From assembly GCA_963718615.1 (NCBI GenBank), contig OY970368.1, positions 3,392,001 to 3,456,000 on the forward strand: a stretch of DNA of 64,000 nt, in the 5' to 3' direction. A model generated the notes under the pieces. That model did no database searches. It was not told the origin of the DNA and worked only from the letters and a program-made list of their open reading frames with translations. Positions 29,701 to 39,611 of this stretch are shown piece after piece. The translations under genes were made by a program, and so were the position numbers. Position 1 is the first letter of the stretch. Each line of letters begins with the position of its first letter. Origin of the DNA: an uncultured cyanobacterium (GTDB taxonomy: Bacteria > Cyanobacteriota > Cyanobacteriia > PCC-9006 > JAAUQQ01).

Positions 29701-31125
29701 ATGCATGAAGAGATGCAGGGACAAGTTCGGCCCAGTCCGGAAGCGGTGATGGAGATGGATCAGGGGGCGATCGCCCGTTGGTTTAAGTTTGCGCAAAATG
29801 GCACTACGCTTCGCACGGAAATTCTGGCAGGGTTCACGACGTTTATGACCATGGCTTATATCCTGGTCGTCAATCCTGCCATTCTGTCGGAGGCCATCTT
29901 TTTAAATCAGTCCGGTGACCTGTTTCCAGAGTTAGTTGTTGCGACATCGATTTCTGCGGCGGTGGGCACCTTGGTGATGGCTTTGGCCGCGAACTATCCC
30001 TTTTGCCTCGCACCGGGAATGGGCATTAATGCCTTTTTTACCTATTCCGTTGTCATTGGTTTGGGCATCGATTGGCGATTGGCCTTGGGCTGCGTTTTTG
30101 TGGAGGGTCTAATTTTTATTGCCCTGACGCTGACAGATATCCGGCGGCATATTATCAAGGCGATTCCAGATAGTTTGAAGAGTGCTACAGGGGCCGGAAT
30201 TGGCCTCTTTATTGCCTATATTGGACTCTCTGGCAATCCGGATCTAGGCGGTGCAGGATTGATTGTTGCGAATCCAGCGACGAAAACGGCCTTTGGCAGT
30301 TTGAAATCCATGCCAACGATGATGGCCGTGGTTGGGCTACTGATTACCGCTGCGTTTTTAGTCCGGCGGGTAAAGGGCGCATTGCTCTGGGGCATTTTGG
30401 CAACGGCGTTGCTTGGCTGGATCCTAGGTGTGACGCCTTGGCCCACAGGGATTGTTCAGATGCCACCAGGGTTTCAGGATTTGTTTGGCCAAGCGATTAC
30501 GGGCTTAAGTCAACTCAATGGTGCCAACTGGGTCAACTTTATTGCGGCGCTCTTTGTCTTCTTATTTGTCGATATTTTTGATACGATTGGAACCTTAAGT
30601 GGTGTAGGTAAGCGGGCCGGTTATATCGATGAAAAGGGTGAACTGCCTCGGGCCAATCAAGCCCTTTTAGCGGATGCGATCGCCACCACCACCGGCGCAA
30701 TCTTTGGAACTTCGTCCGTTACCACGTTTGTCGAATCCGCTTCTGGCATTGCGGAAGGGGGAAGAACCGGTTTTACGGCTGTCATTGCAGGCGTGTTGTT
30801 TCTGCTTTCAATGTTTTTGATTCCGCTGTTTTCGGCAATTCCTGCCTACGCCACTGCACCAGCGTTGGTTCTAGTGGGTGTCTTGATGATGTCCAATATT
30901 TTGAATATTCGCTGGGGCGATCTGGGGGAGGCGATTCCGGCGTTTCTGGTCATCTTTATGATTCCGTTGACCTACTCGATCGCCGAAGGCTTAGCAGTTG
31001 GATTCATTGCCTATCCATTAATTAAGTCTTTTCAGGGTAAAGCCCAAGAAGTGCCCCTGGCGACTTGGATTGTTGCGGCTATTTTTGTCGCCCGCTTTGT
31101 GTTTATGACCCTGCGTTTTGGCTAG
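29701..31125 (+). CDS. NCS2/AzgA family purine permease
   Basis: EILAGFTTFMTMAYIL, LAPGMGINAFF, FDTIGT, ESASGIAEGGRTG. Confidence 0.95.
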   Translation: MHEEMQGQVRPSPEAVMEMDQGAIARWFKFAQNGTTLRTEILAGFTTFMTMAYILVVNPAILSEAIFLNQSGDLFPELVVATSISAAVGTLVMALAANYPFCLAPGMGINAFFTYSVVIGLGIDWRLALGCVFVEGLIFIALTLTDIRRHIIKAIPDSLKSATGAGIGLFIAYIGLSGNPDLGGAGLIVANPATKTAFGSLKSMPTMMAVVGLLITAAFLVRRVKGALLWGILATALLGWILGVTPWPTGIVQMPPGFQDLFGQAITGLSQLNGANWVNFIAALFVFLFVDIFDTIGTLSGVGKRAGYIDEKGELPRANQALLADAIATTTGAIFGTSSVTTFVESASGIAEGGRTGFTAVIAGVLFLLSMFLIPLFSAIPAYATAPALVLVGVLMMSNILNIRWGDLGEAIPAFLVIFMIPLTYSIAEGLAVGFIAYPLIKSFQGKAQEVPLATWIVAAIFVARFVFMTLRFG

Positions 31126-31148
31126 GGATTGCCCCTTGGCAAGGGCGC

Positions 31149-32234
31149 TTAACGGGGTTGCTCTGGGGAGCGCAAATCGGTTTCAGCCAAATCTCGCCGC
31201 AGCACCCAGCCATGGGGGCTCTGAATGATTCGAGGCAGCTTGGCTTGCGCCAAGATCTCCAAGCTCGGCAAAACATAGGTGGTATAGAGCGTCTGGGGTG
31301 GTGCAGCCAGGGCATCCACCTCAATGACGGTCAAGGTTTTTCGAGCGGCCAAATCACTCCCGAGCAGTTGCCGAGGGCCGCTACCGATCGCCCCGGTATA
31401 TAAAAGCTCCAAGCCCCCTCGATGGCCGGGATAGTAAGCGTGGTGATGACCGCTGATGTAGGTATGAACCTGATACCGTTCGAGGAGCGATCGCAACCCA
31501 TCGCCCTCATCCAAAAATTCACCGGGGCGATCGCGATTGACAGCAACGGGATACAGCGGCAAATGGCCAATGACGATCCGCAGCCGCGCCTTGCGAGCGG
31601 CGGGGCTTTGTAACTGGGCCTCAACCCAGGCTAGCTGCTCGGTGTCTAGCTGCGCCGTCGAGGCGTCCCAAACCAAATAAAAAATTTCATCCTGGGCAAA
31701 GGTGTAATAGAACGGAAAATGACTGCGATCGAGAAAGGCCAATCCGGGGTCATGGGCTGGATCTGTCCAGTAGGCTTGGGCGAGGTGGCGATCGCGCTCG
31801 AAGGTATATCTGCCACCGCTGCGAGCCCCAGAACCATCATGGTTGCCCAGGGTAAAGCCGAGGGGAATTTGGGCTTGCGCTAAAGGTTTGCGAATATGGG
31901 CCTCAAACCCAGCCCACATAGCCTGAACCTGAGCATCGCTAAGGCTTTGTTTTTGCCCCGCCACCATGTCACCCCCACAAAGGACCAAATCCGGCTGCCA
32001 TTTCAGAATGAGCTGGACCGCCTGGTCAACTTCGGGTTCGTAATCGGTGGAGCCATACTGACTGTTGAGATCGCTAATCACCGCGATCTGCGTTTTAGAC
32101 CGCGTTTTTGGCTGTCTATCGGACGGCTGGTCTGGGTAGACTTGGCCCTGTAATCGCTGCTGCCCCAACCCCAAACCCCAAACCCCCGCAGCGGCTGTGG
32201 TTAATGCTAAAAAGTGGCGACGGGAAAAAGACAT
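31149..32234 (-). CDS. Tat-exported calcineurin-like metallophosphoesterase
   Basis: SRRHFL Tat motif; ISDLN, GGDMV, GNHD, GHLP, SGHHH. Confidence 0.9.
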   Translation of the reverse strand: MSFSRRHFLALTTAAAGVWGLGLGQQRLQGQVYPDQPSDRQPKTRSKTQIAVISDLNSQYGSTDYEPEVDQAVQLILKWQPDLVLCGGDMVAGQKQSLSDAQVQAMWAGFEAHIRKPLAQAQIPLGFTLGNHDGSGARSGGRYTFERDRHLAQAYWTDPAHDPGLAFLDRSHFPFYYTFAQDEIFYLVWDASTAQLDTEQLAWVEAQLQSPAARKARLRIVIGHLPLYPVAVNRDRPGEFLDEGDGLRSLLERYQVHTYISGHHHAYYPGHRGGLELLYTGAIGSGPRQLLGSDLAARKTLTVIEVDALAAPPQTLYTTYVLPSLEILAQAKLPRIIQSPHGWVLRRDLAETDLRSPEQPR

Positions 32235-32255
32235 ACAGCAACCATTGCCAGGGGG

Positions 32256-32864
32256 CTAAAACAAACCATTCCGGCGACTGCTGGACCGGAACCCCATTTG
32301 CGATCGCCCTAGGTCAATCCGACAGCCGGTCGCCTTAATTAACGGTTCTGCTGAGACAAAGTTGCAACGATAGCTCGCTAAGGCAGCACCACGGGTATCA
32401 AAAATCTCTGTTCCATAGCCAAAGTCCCGCGCCGCTAGACCAAAGGAATTGACAAACTCATAGCGCGTAAAATAATCCAGAAGGCTCCAAGCCTGGGGAT
32501 TGACAATTAGCTGAACCTTGCCTGCTTCCCCAGCAACTTCACGGGTTGCGATCCAGTTATTGACCAGTTTCTTGTTTTTCAGTTGGGAGGCCAGTTCCTC
32601 TTGGGTCCACCACAGACTCGGGGGGGTCAATCCCTGCTGGCAGACGGTGTCAGCCGTAAATCTTGTTCCGGCAGGATAGTCCGCCGCCGTCGCCGCACAA
32701 ACCATCGTTAGCTCCGCTGGTTCACCGGAGAGATTGGGAGAGAGAGGCTGGATGGCTAGTTTTTCCTGTGCCCCTACAAAGGACTGACCAACCAACAGAC
32801 CGCCCAAAAGGCCCAAGCCGCTGGGAAGCAAGGTGCGGGCAGCGCTGACAACAGAAAAAGACAT
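32256..32864 (-). CDS. Conserved cyanobacterial exported hypothetical protein
   Basis: Signal-like N-terminus; PPSLWW and WSLLDYFTRYEFVNSFGLAARDFGY. Confidence 0.7.
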   Translation of the reverse strand: MSFSVVSAARTLLPSGLGLLGGLLVGQSFVGAQEKLAIQPLSPNLSGEPAELTMVCAATAADYPAGTRFTADTVCQQGLTPPSLWWTQEELASQLKNKKLVNNWIATREVAGEAGKVQLIVNPQAWSLLDYFTRYEFVNSFGLAARDFGYGTEIFDTRGAALASYRCNFVSAEPLIKATGCRIDLGRSQMGFRSSSRRNGLF

Positions 32865-32893
32865 ATTGAAAATCGGTGAACGACGGTGTTGAA

Positions 32894-33400
32894 CTACCAG
32901 CTTGAGCGGATGCGGCCTGTTCTCAAATCAAATTGCCCTGCAGGCCGATCCTGGGAACGGCTTTGCCAGGACCGTTTTCCTTGACTAGCATCTTCCAAAA
33001 CGGTTTCCAACACATCCGGAAGATTATCCCAATCGAGCTCTGGCTGCTGCAAAATTCTCCGCATTGCCCGCAAGGCGCGTTGGGCTTTATCGTCCACCTG
33101 AATATCAAGGGGCACTGCATGTCTGAGGGGGTCACGCTCCACTGCTGCAATTCCCTGACGGACGGCGACCTGAATGTCCTTAGCCAGTTCGTGACGCGCC
33201 TTGTGCTCCTGAAATTCGTAGCCTTTCGCGCTGTTGGCATAGAGCGGAGACAAGCGGTTCAGTGCGTAGGTAATCACCTGCTCAGGCTTGAGGAAAGCGA
33301 GCTTTTTCGCCGTGACCAGCCCTAGCTGACGCTCCACCTCTTCGCTCACCAGCCTCTCCATCACATTGATCCATGTGGGTTGGGTTGAGACTTTTTTCAT
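32894..33400 (-). CDS. ComFB family protein
   Basis: NVMERLVSEEV, YALNRLSPLYA, AAVERDPLR. Confidence 0.88.
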   Translation of the reverse strand: MKKVSTQPTWINVMERLVSEEVERQLGLVTAKKLAFLKPEQVITYALNRLSPLYANSAKGYEFQEHKARHELAKDIQVAVRQGIAAVERDPLRHAVPLDIQVDDKAQRALRAMRRILQQPELDWDNLPDVLETVLEDASQGKRSWQSRSQDRPAGQFDLRTGRIRSSW

Positions 33401-33690
33401 GGAATACCCTGCAATCTTGTAAATAAACGGGTCGTGGATAGAGGATCCATTTTGCGCGATCGCTCATAGAAAGAACTCGGTCACGAAAAAAAGTCACCCT
33501 GATGATGCTCTAGTCCAAATATAGCGGTTTTCACCAGGAATGCTTGGAGGCTTCTAGCTCTTTATACCAGGTTGTCCTTCTCCCTATGGGCAAAAGCGCT
33601 GAGGGTTCAAGCAGGCTTCACAGAAAACTGGTGAACGTTTGTCGAAAGGGTCAAAATCTATCTGGAGAGAGGATCTACGCCCGGAGATCT

Positions 33691-34134
33691 CTAAGCCGTT
33701 TTGCGGTGGCGAGCTGCAACCTGGGCGAGGGCATGCTTAACCGCTGGCACCAGATTAGTCCAGTTCAGATTGGAGTAACCCAGAAACGTTGAAAGCTCCG
33801 TTAGGGCTCGTTGGGCATCGAACAAATTAGAGTCTGGGGAACAGAGCCGATTATCGTGGCGATCGGGCGCTTGGTGAACCACCATCATCCCTTGGCAAAC
33901 GGCATTGGCAATTTGAGGGGCTAATTCTTTTTGGGCACGGGTCTGTTGCCACTGCCACCCTGCTTCTGTGGTGGCATAGAGGGAGGGCAGAGAATTGAGC
34001 GCGTAGGCAATCACATCATCAGCGTTAACCATCTGAGCTACGCTGGGCGAGATTTGCTGCATCTGTCGCTGCACTTCCTGCACGACCAAAGGTTCCATCG
34101 CGTTGCGGTAGGTTTTGGAGGGCGGATTGATCAT
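33691..34134 (-). CDS. ComFB family protein (second copy)
   Basis: NAMEPLVVQEV, YALNSLPSLYAT. Confidence 0.85.
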   Translation of the reverse strand: MINPPSKTYRNAMEPLVVQEVQRQMQQISPSVAQMVNADDVIAYALNSLPSLYATTEAGWQWQQTRAQKELAPQIANAVCQGMMVVHQAPDRHDNRLCSPDSNLFDAQRALTELSTFLGYSNLNWTNLVPAVKHALAQVAARHRKTA

Positions 34135-34295
34135 GGCAGTGGAGAAGAAAGGCTGCTGAAGTACTGCGTACCTCAGCAGCTCATATGGGTGTTGTGAAGT
34201 AGTGGAGAACGGGGGTTGTTCTGTTAACTTTTACACCCTATACAGAGGGGGTCAGGAAACTCGTTACTGAAGGGAATGTTGGGTGAAATTATGAT

Positions 34296-35420
34296 CTATC
34301 CCCACAACCGTCGGCGATCGGGGCCATTGAGGCGTTCATGGGTATCTCTGAGCAGTTGGGGAATATTGAGCGCTTCTGGACACCGGGGTAAACAATCTCC
34401 GCAATCGGTGCAGTGCTGGGCTTTGCGGCCCGGAAACCAATGGCCCGCCTGCTCAAACATGCGGTAGCGGTATTGGCCAAACGGGGTCATGTCGTAGGCG
34501 ATCGCCAAGTTGCGCAGCCGCAGCACTTCAGGAATCTGAATCGCCTCGGGGCAGGGTAAGCAGGCATAGCATTGACTGCATTGCTCTAGGCCAAGGGCGG
34601 TTTGGCGCTGGCGATCGAGGCGATCGAGGACCATTTGTTCGGTGGCAGTGAGGGGGCCGTCGTGATCGGCGATCGCCAAGGCGGCGTCCAGTTCTGCGGG
34701 GTGGGCGGCCCCGAGGCTGAGGGTGGTAATGCGGGGGTCGCTGAGTAAGAATCGATAGTTGAGCTGTTGCGGGGAAAAAGGAGCGCAGAGGGTTCGCAAC
34801 TGCTCGGGGGGGGCGTAGAGTTGGCCCCCTTTATCGGTGGGGGAGATGATGAAAATTCCCAGATCGAGGTTTTGGGCGAGGGCGATCGCCGGAGCATGGC
34901 GTTGAAAGAAGAGATAGTAGTGCAAATTCACGAAATCAAAGCGATTCGTTTGGATCGCATCCAGAATTAAGGCCAAGCTGCCATGGGTCGAAAACCCAAG
35001 ATGTCGCACCAGTCCCTCTCTCCGGGCCTGCTCAAGGGCAGCCAAGGCTCCATCCGGTGCGAGGGCAGCCTGCAAATGGCTGTCTAAATTGATGCCGTGC
35101 AACGCCACACAGTCCACCCCATCGATTTGCAGGCGATTCAAGGATTCTTCAAGGGTTTGGCGGGTTTGAGCCGCATTTGCCGTTGGTGAGAGCTTGGTTG
35201 TAATCACGACTGACTCACGGGGCACTTGCAGGGATTGCAAGGCTTGGCCGATAAAGCGTTCGCTCTCTCCATAGCCCCGCGCAGTTTCGAGGTGATTAAT
35301 GCCTGACCGTAGGGCCTGGGCGAGCGTCACCTGAGCGGCCTGGGCTGAGGCCAAACGCATCGTCCCTAGGGAAAAAACCGAGAGCTGGAGATGGGTGCGG
35401 CCAAACCGTCGATATCGCAT
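34296..35420 (-). CDS. Aldo/keto reductase with C-terminal 4Fe-4S dicluster
   Basis: MRYRRFGRT, ETARGYG.SE, GFSTH, CSQCYACLPCP, CTDCGDCLPRCP. Confidence 0.92.
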   Translation of the reverse strand: MRYRRFGRTHLQLSVFSLGTMRLASAQAAQVTLAQALRSGINHLETARGYGESERFIGQALQSLQVPRESVVITTKLSPTANAAQTRQTLEESLNRLQIDGVDCVALHGINLDSHLQAALAPDGALAALEQARREGLVRHLGFSTHGSLALILDAIQTNRFDFVNLHYYLFFQRHAPAIALAQNLDLGIFIISPTDKGGQLYAPPEQLRTLCAPFSPQQLNYRFLLSDPRITTLSLGAAHPAELDAALAIADHDGPLTATEQMVLDRLDRQRQTALGLEQCSQCYACLPCPEAIQIPEVLRLRNLAIAYDMTPFGQYRYRMFEQAGHWFPGRKAQHCTDCGDCLPRCPEALNIPQLLRDTHERLNGPDRRRLWG

Positions 35421-35444
35421 GGCCTCAAGGGTCGACCTCATCGA

Positions 35445-35924
35445 CTAAAACTGGGCAAAATCACCTGGGCTAATGGTATCGAGAAACTGGCGGAACGCTC
35501 GCCGCTCTTCCTCATCTGCATCCCGATCCGCCGGAATTGAGGCATCGGCAATCACCTCTTCCATCACCCAAATCGGCGCATTGGTGCGCAGCGCCAGGAC
35601 AATGGCATCACTGGGACGGGCGTCAATATCTTTCTTGGCCTTATCCTTTTGTACCTGCAGAACCGCAAAGTAGGTATTATCTTGCAGGGAATGAATCACA
35701 ATGCGTTCAACGACCAGCTCCCATTCCTCCAGGATCTTCACCATGAGATCATGGGTCAAAGGACGCACGGATGTTTGCTGCTCAATGGCAAGCTTAATCG
35801 CCTTGGCCTGCTCTTGGCTGATCCAGATAGGCAATGCTCGACGCCCCTCTGTATCGATCAACATGACGATGGGGCTCATGGTTGCGGCATCAAAAGCGAT
35901 CCCGTCAACTTTCATCTCAATCAT
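35445..35924 (-). CDS. Bifunctional nuclease family (DUF151) protein
   Basis: LPIWI, RPLTHDL, IDARPSDAI. Start set at the ATG at 35924. Confidence 0.92.
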   Translation of the reverse strand: MIEMKVDGIAFDAATMSPIVMLIDTEGRRALPIWISQEQAKAIKLAIEQQTSVRPLTHDLMVKILEEWELVVERIVIHSLQDNTYFAVLQVQKDKAKKDIDARPSDAIVLALRTNAPIWVMEEVIADASIPADRDADEEERRAFRQFLDTISPGDFAQF

Positions 35925-36053
35925 GGCTCCGCCTCTGAACTCCCAAGAGCTAAAGAAAGGCAACGTCTTCATTATGACGGCCATTGCCCCCGGTTTGATG
36001 CAATTTGGTAATTCTTTTATGAAATCTCGAAAATCTAGCGGGAGGATGGGGCC

Positions 36054-36782
36054 ATGTTTACGGGTTTGATTCAGGGCTTAGGCTATCTCAAAGCGTTAAA
36101 TGCTTACCAGTTGCAGATCGACTGCGCTGATCAACCGGAGCAATCAGCCGCGCTGATTTTGGTGGATTTGGCCCTTGGGGATAGCGTGGCGGTTAATGGG
36201 GCCTGTTTGACGGTGGAGAAAATTTTGCCGCGAGGGTTTATTGTCTCCATTTCGCCCGAAACTTTGCGCCGCACAACCTTGGGTGAAAATCCCGCTGGAC
36301 TGCCGGTCAACCTAGAAACGTCTTTACGGGTGGGGAGTAAGCTGGGGGGACATTTTGTTTCGGGCCACGTGGATGGTCAAGCGACGTTGGCCAGTGCGCA
36401 ATCGACGGCAACCTCTTGGGAGATGCGGTTTACTCAGGTGAGTCCAGCCCTGCGTCCCTATTTGCTCGAAAAGGGGAGTATCGCGGTGAATGGGGTGAGT
36501 TTGACGATCGCCACCTGCGCTCCCAGGGGTGAGTGGTTTACGGTGGCCGTGATTCCCCATACCTACGCCTTAACGAATCTGCACTGCCTCAGCCCCGACA
36601 GTCCGGTCAATTTGGAAGCGGATCTGCTAGGCAAGTATGTGCATCGGCTACTCCAGTGGCCTTTGTCTTCAGGAGGTACATCGGCTGGTGGCTTTGATGG
36701 TGATGCCTTGGATGGTAATGCTCCGATGGCTAGACCCCAGGGAATTACAGCGGATTTTTTGGGGGAGCATGGTTATCTTTGA
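36054..36782 (+). CDS. ribE: Riboflavin synthase (alpha subunit)
   Basis: MFTGL N-terminus, GDSVAVNGACLTV, GGHFVSGHVD, KGSIAVNGVSLT. Confidence 0.97.
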   Translation: MFTGLIQGLGYLKALNAYQLQIDCADQPEQSAALILVDLALGDSVAVNGACLTVEKILPRGFIVSISPETLRRTTLGENPAGLPVNLETSLRVGSKLGGHFVSGHVDGQATLASAQSTATSWEMRFTQVSPALRPYLLEKGSIAVNGVSLTIATCAPRGEWFTVAVIPHTYALTNLHCLSPDSPVNLEADLLGKYVHRLLQWPLSSGGTSAGGFDGDALDGNAPMARPQGITADFLGEHGYL

Positions 36783-37018
36783 AAAGGCCATAAATTAAAC
36801 CCATTCGTTGCAAAAATTTCAAACTGATTAATTTCTGTGAGCCTTTCTGTCAGCATTGGGGTGGGGCGATCGCCCAGGGCTCCAGTCCATCCAGTATCTT
36901 GGATACCATTCACAATTTTTTTCGATGGATTTCGATGGATTTCGACGGATGATGTGGGCGGCGCGTCCGTCACCGTGTGTTTTTTGCTGTTTTATAAGAT
37001 ATTTCTTCGATTAATTCC

Positions 37019-37603
37019 ATGGCTTATTACTGGTTTAAGGCGTTTCACCTAGTTGGCATCGTTTCCTGGTTTGCAGGAATGTTTTATTTGCCTCGGCTGT
37101 TTGTCTATCACGCGGAAGCCTCCGAGCAGCCAGAACCGGCCCAGAGCATTCTCAAAAGCCAATACCAAATTATGGAAAAGCGGCTCTATCGGATCATCAT
37201 GACACCGGCCATGCTGCTTACCGTGGCCATGGGGGTGAGCCTGATTGTCACCGAGCCGGGTTTGCTGCACGATACCTGGCTCCATGTGAAGCTGACCTGC
37301 GTGGCAATTTTGCTGGGCTACCACCATTACTGCGGTCGCATCATGAAAAAACTGGCGGCTAATGAATGTGCCATGACCGGTCAGCAATTTCGCTGGTTTA
37401 ATGAGTTTCCCACAGTCTTTTTTGTGATTGTGGTGATGCTGGCGGTCTTTAAAGGTAACTTTCCCACCAGTGCAGCCAGTTGGAGTATTTTTGCCATGAT
37501 TGTGGCCATGGCTGCCGTGATTCAGCTCTATGCCCGCAAGCGTCGTCTCGATCGCGAACAGCAGGCGGCCAGTCCCGCTACGACCCTCGAAAATGCCTCA
37601 TGA
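37019..37603 (+). CDS. hemJ: Protoporphyrinogen oxidase HemJ
   Basis: WFKAFH..SWFAGMFYLPRLFVYH, MEKRLY, WLHVKL, RWFNE. Confidence 0.96.
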   Translation: MAYYWFKAFHLVGIVSWFAGMFYLPRLFVYHAEASEQPEPAQSILKSQYQIMEKRLYRIIMTPAMLLTVAMGVSLIVTEPGLLHDTWLHVKLTCVAILLGYHHYCGRIMKKLAANECAMTGQQFRWFNEFPTVFFVIVVMLAVFKGNFPTSAASWSIFAMIVAMAAVIQLYARKRRLDREQQAASPATTLENAS

Positions 37604-37907
37604 CCTGCCTTTGGTGTTGGTTCATGGGAGACAGTTTGTTGGGGGGCGATCGCTTAACTTAGGGCAATGGATTGCAATGGGTCATGGCGTAATTTTCGAA
37701 ATGTAATTTTCGAAACCCTGGACCTTGAAACTGTAGGCTTGAAAGTGGGCGATTTGTTGAGATTCGCTACAATGGATCTTCTATTCGGTCGTTACCTGCT
37801 TTTCCAACCTTTTGAATCCTGTTGGTTTGTTCTATGGGTTTGAATGCGCTTGGTTAGACTGTTGGTCAGAGCCCGTTCCCGTCGCTTTGCATTTCCCTTA
37901 AAGAATC

Positions 37908-38618
37908 GTGACTCGCTTAAGCCTTGATTTTGCGCCTCGACAATCTCCTTTAACTCCACAGGCTAAGAAGCTGTGGCAAGTTTTCGAGGGAATTGAGGCG
38001 GAGAGCTGTCCGCGAGTCTATAACTTTCACATGCATACGGTCCATTCCGATGGTCAGCTTCACCCCCAGGAGGTGATGGAGCAAGCCATGGAAATTGGCC
38101 TGCACGGCATGGCGATTACGGATCATCACAGCATCGAGGGCTATTGGGCGGCAGATCGATGGGTGCAAAATTTGCGCTGGAAATGGGGAAATCGGGTCAA
38201 GCCCCCAAAACTCTGGACGGGCGTTGAAATCAATGCTGAACTTTGTAGCGCAGAGGTCCATATTCTCGGCTATGCCTTTGATCCGGAGGGTCTATCACTC
38301 CGTCCTTATCTTCAAAGTCGGGTTTCTAAAGGCATTTGTCACCGGGCTCCAGTGGTGGTTGAAGCGATTCAGCAGGCCGGTGGCATTGCCATCTTGGCCC
38401 ATCCCGCTCGCTATCGACGCCCGCTCCCCAAACTCATTGCTGCCGCTGTAGAGTGTGGCATTGATGGCGTGGAGGCCTACTACGCCTATGACAATCCTTC
38501 GCCCTGGCGCTCTAGCGAGGAACAGACGGCAGAGGTCTGCCGCCTAGCGAAGCAGTACCACCTCTTGAGTAGTTGTGGGACAGATACCCACGGTAAGAGC
38601 TTACTCAAGCGGATCTAG
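37908..38618 (+). CDS. PHP domain phosphoesterase
   Basis: HMHTVHSDG, ITDHH, VHILGY, AHP, GTDTH. Confidence 0.9.
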   Translation: MTRLSLDFAPRQSPLTPQAKKLWQVFEGIEAESCPRVYNFHMHTVHSDGQLHPQEVMEQAMEIGLHGMAITDHHSIEGYWAADRWVQNLRWKWGNRVKPPKLWTGVEINAELCSAEVHILGYAFDPEGLSLRPYLQSRVSKGICHRAPVVVEAIQQAGGIAILAHPARYRRPLPKLIAAAVECGIDGVEAYYAYDNPSPWRSSEEQTAEVCRLAKQYHLLSSCGTDTHGKSLLKRI

Positions 38619-39099
38619 GTCTCTTCTAGCGCGTTGAACGATCTTCACAGAACACCGGATGCCATGGTCATTAGGGTTAGGAGCCCGATGCTGACGATGA
38701 GTAATCCGAGCACTAAGCTGATGAGATTGCCAGGGGTTTTTGAAATGTTCATGGTGTGATTCCCTCAGGAATGGGCGTGATGTAGAGGCGATCGGACAGA
38801 AATCTGAGAAGAAATTCACAAACTGTATCCGACTGTGTCTATCTGTAACGATAGCGATCGCTCTCCCAAAGCTTCACCAAGATTGCGGTTTCGCGATTAA
38901 ACGTTAGGGATCAACGCAATCGAGAGAGTCATTGCTGCGATCGCCCCTTCTCATAAAACTGGGCCTTTCAGCAGGCTTAAAAAGGGCTTAAAGCCAACGC
39001 CCATCTACTTTAAATCCGTAGCCTAGGACTCCTTTTAATTCTTAAGATAAGTTAAGCTTATTTAAGGAATAGTTACTCTCCCTCAGCAACGGACAAGCA

Positions 39100-39507
39100 A
39101 TGACTGGATTTATTCGTGGCCTCTTTGGTGGTGGCAACAAGAACAACGCTCAAAACGGAGATGTCTTTTATCTCGATCAAGATGAAGCGCAGTCTTTAGG
39201 GAATGCGAAATACATGCGCAAGGCCCAAACCATTCGCAGAACCTTCCCCAAGAGTCTAAGCAGCCCGGACAAGAAGGAACTGATTCAGGATGTTTCGGCC
39301 ATGGACAAACAAATTGTGAAGTCCTCAGGAACAATTTTGAGTGCCGGTGGCGTTAAGGCGAAACCTGCGCAGCCTGGATCTGGGGCAAGCTCCGGGGCCA
39401 GCAATACGGCTAATACGGCCAAGAGTAATGGGGCAGCGCCTCAGCCTCGGCGTTTGGATACTAATCTGGACATGTTCCGTAAGATGGCGAAGGACGTCCG
39501 TAAGTAG
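39100..39507 (+). CDS. Conserved cyanobacterial hypothetical protein
   Basis: FYLDQDEAQSLGNAKYMRK..IRRTFPK and C-terminal DMFRKMAKD. Confidence 0.75.
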   Translation: MTGFIRGLFGGGNKNNAQNGDVFYLDQDEAQSLGNAKYMRKAQTIRRTFPKSLSSPDKKELIQDVSAMDKQIVKSSGTILSAGGVKAKPAQPGSGASSGASNTANTAKSNGAAPQPRRLDTNLDMFRKMAKDVRK

Positions 39508-39611
39508 GGACAGGTGATTGCGTTAGACCGACAACGGTTCAGCAAGGTTTAGCAACCAAACAATCAACCAGACAATTTTTTAGCGTTTCGTTTTTTTAGC
39601 GTTTCGGTGGA

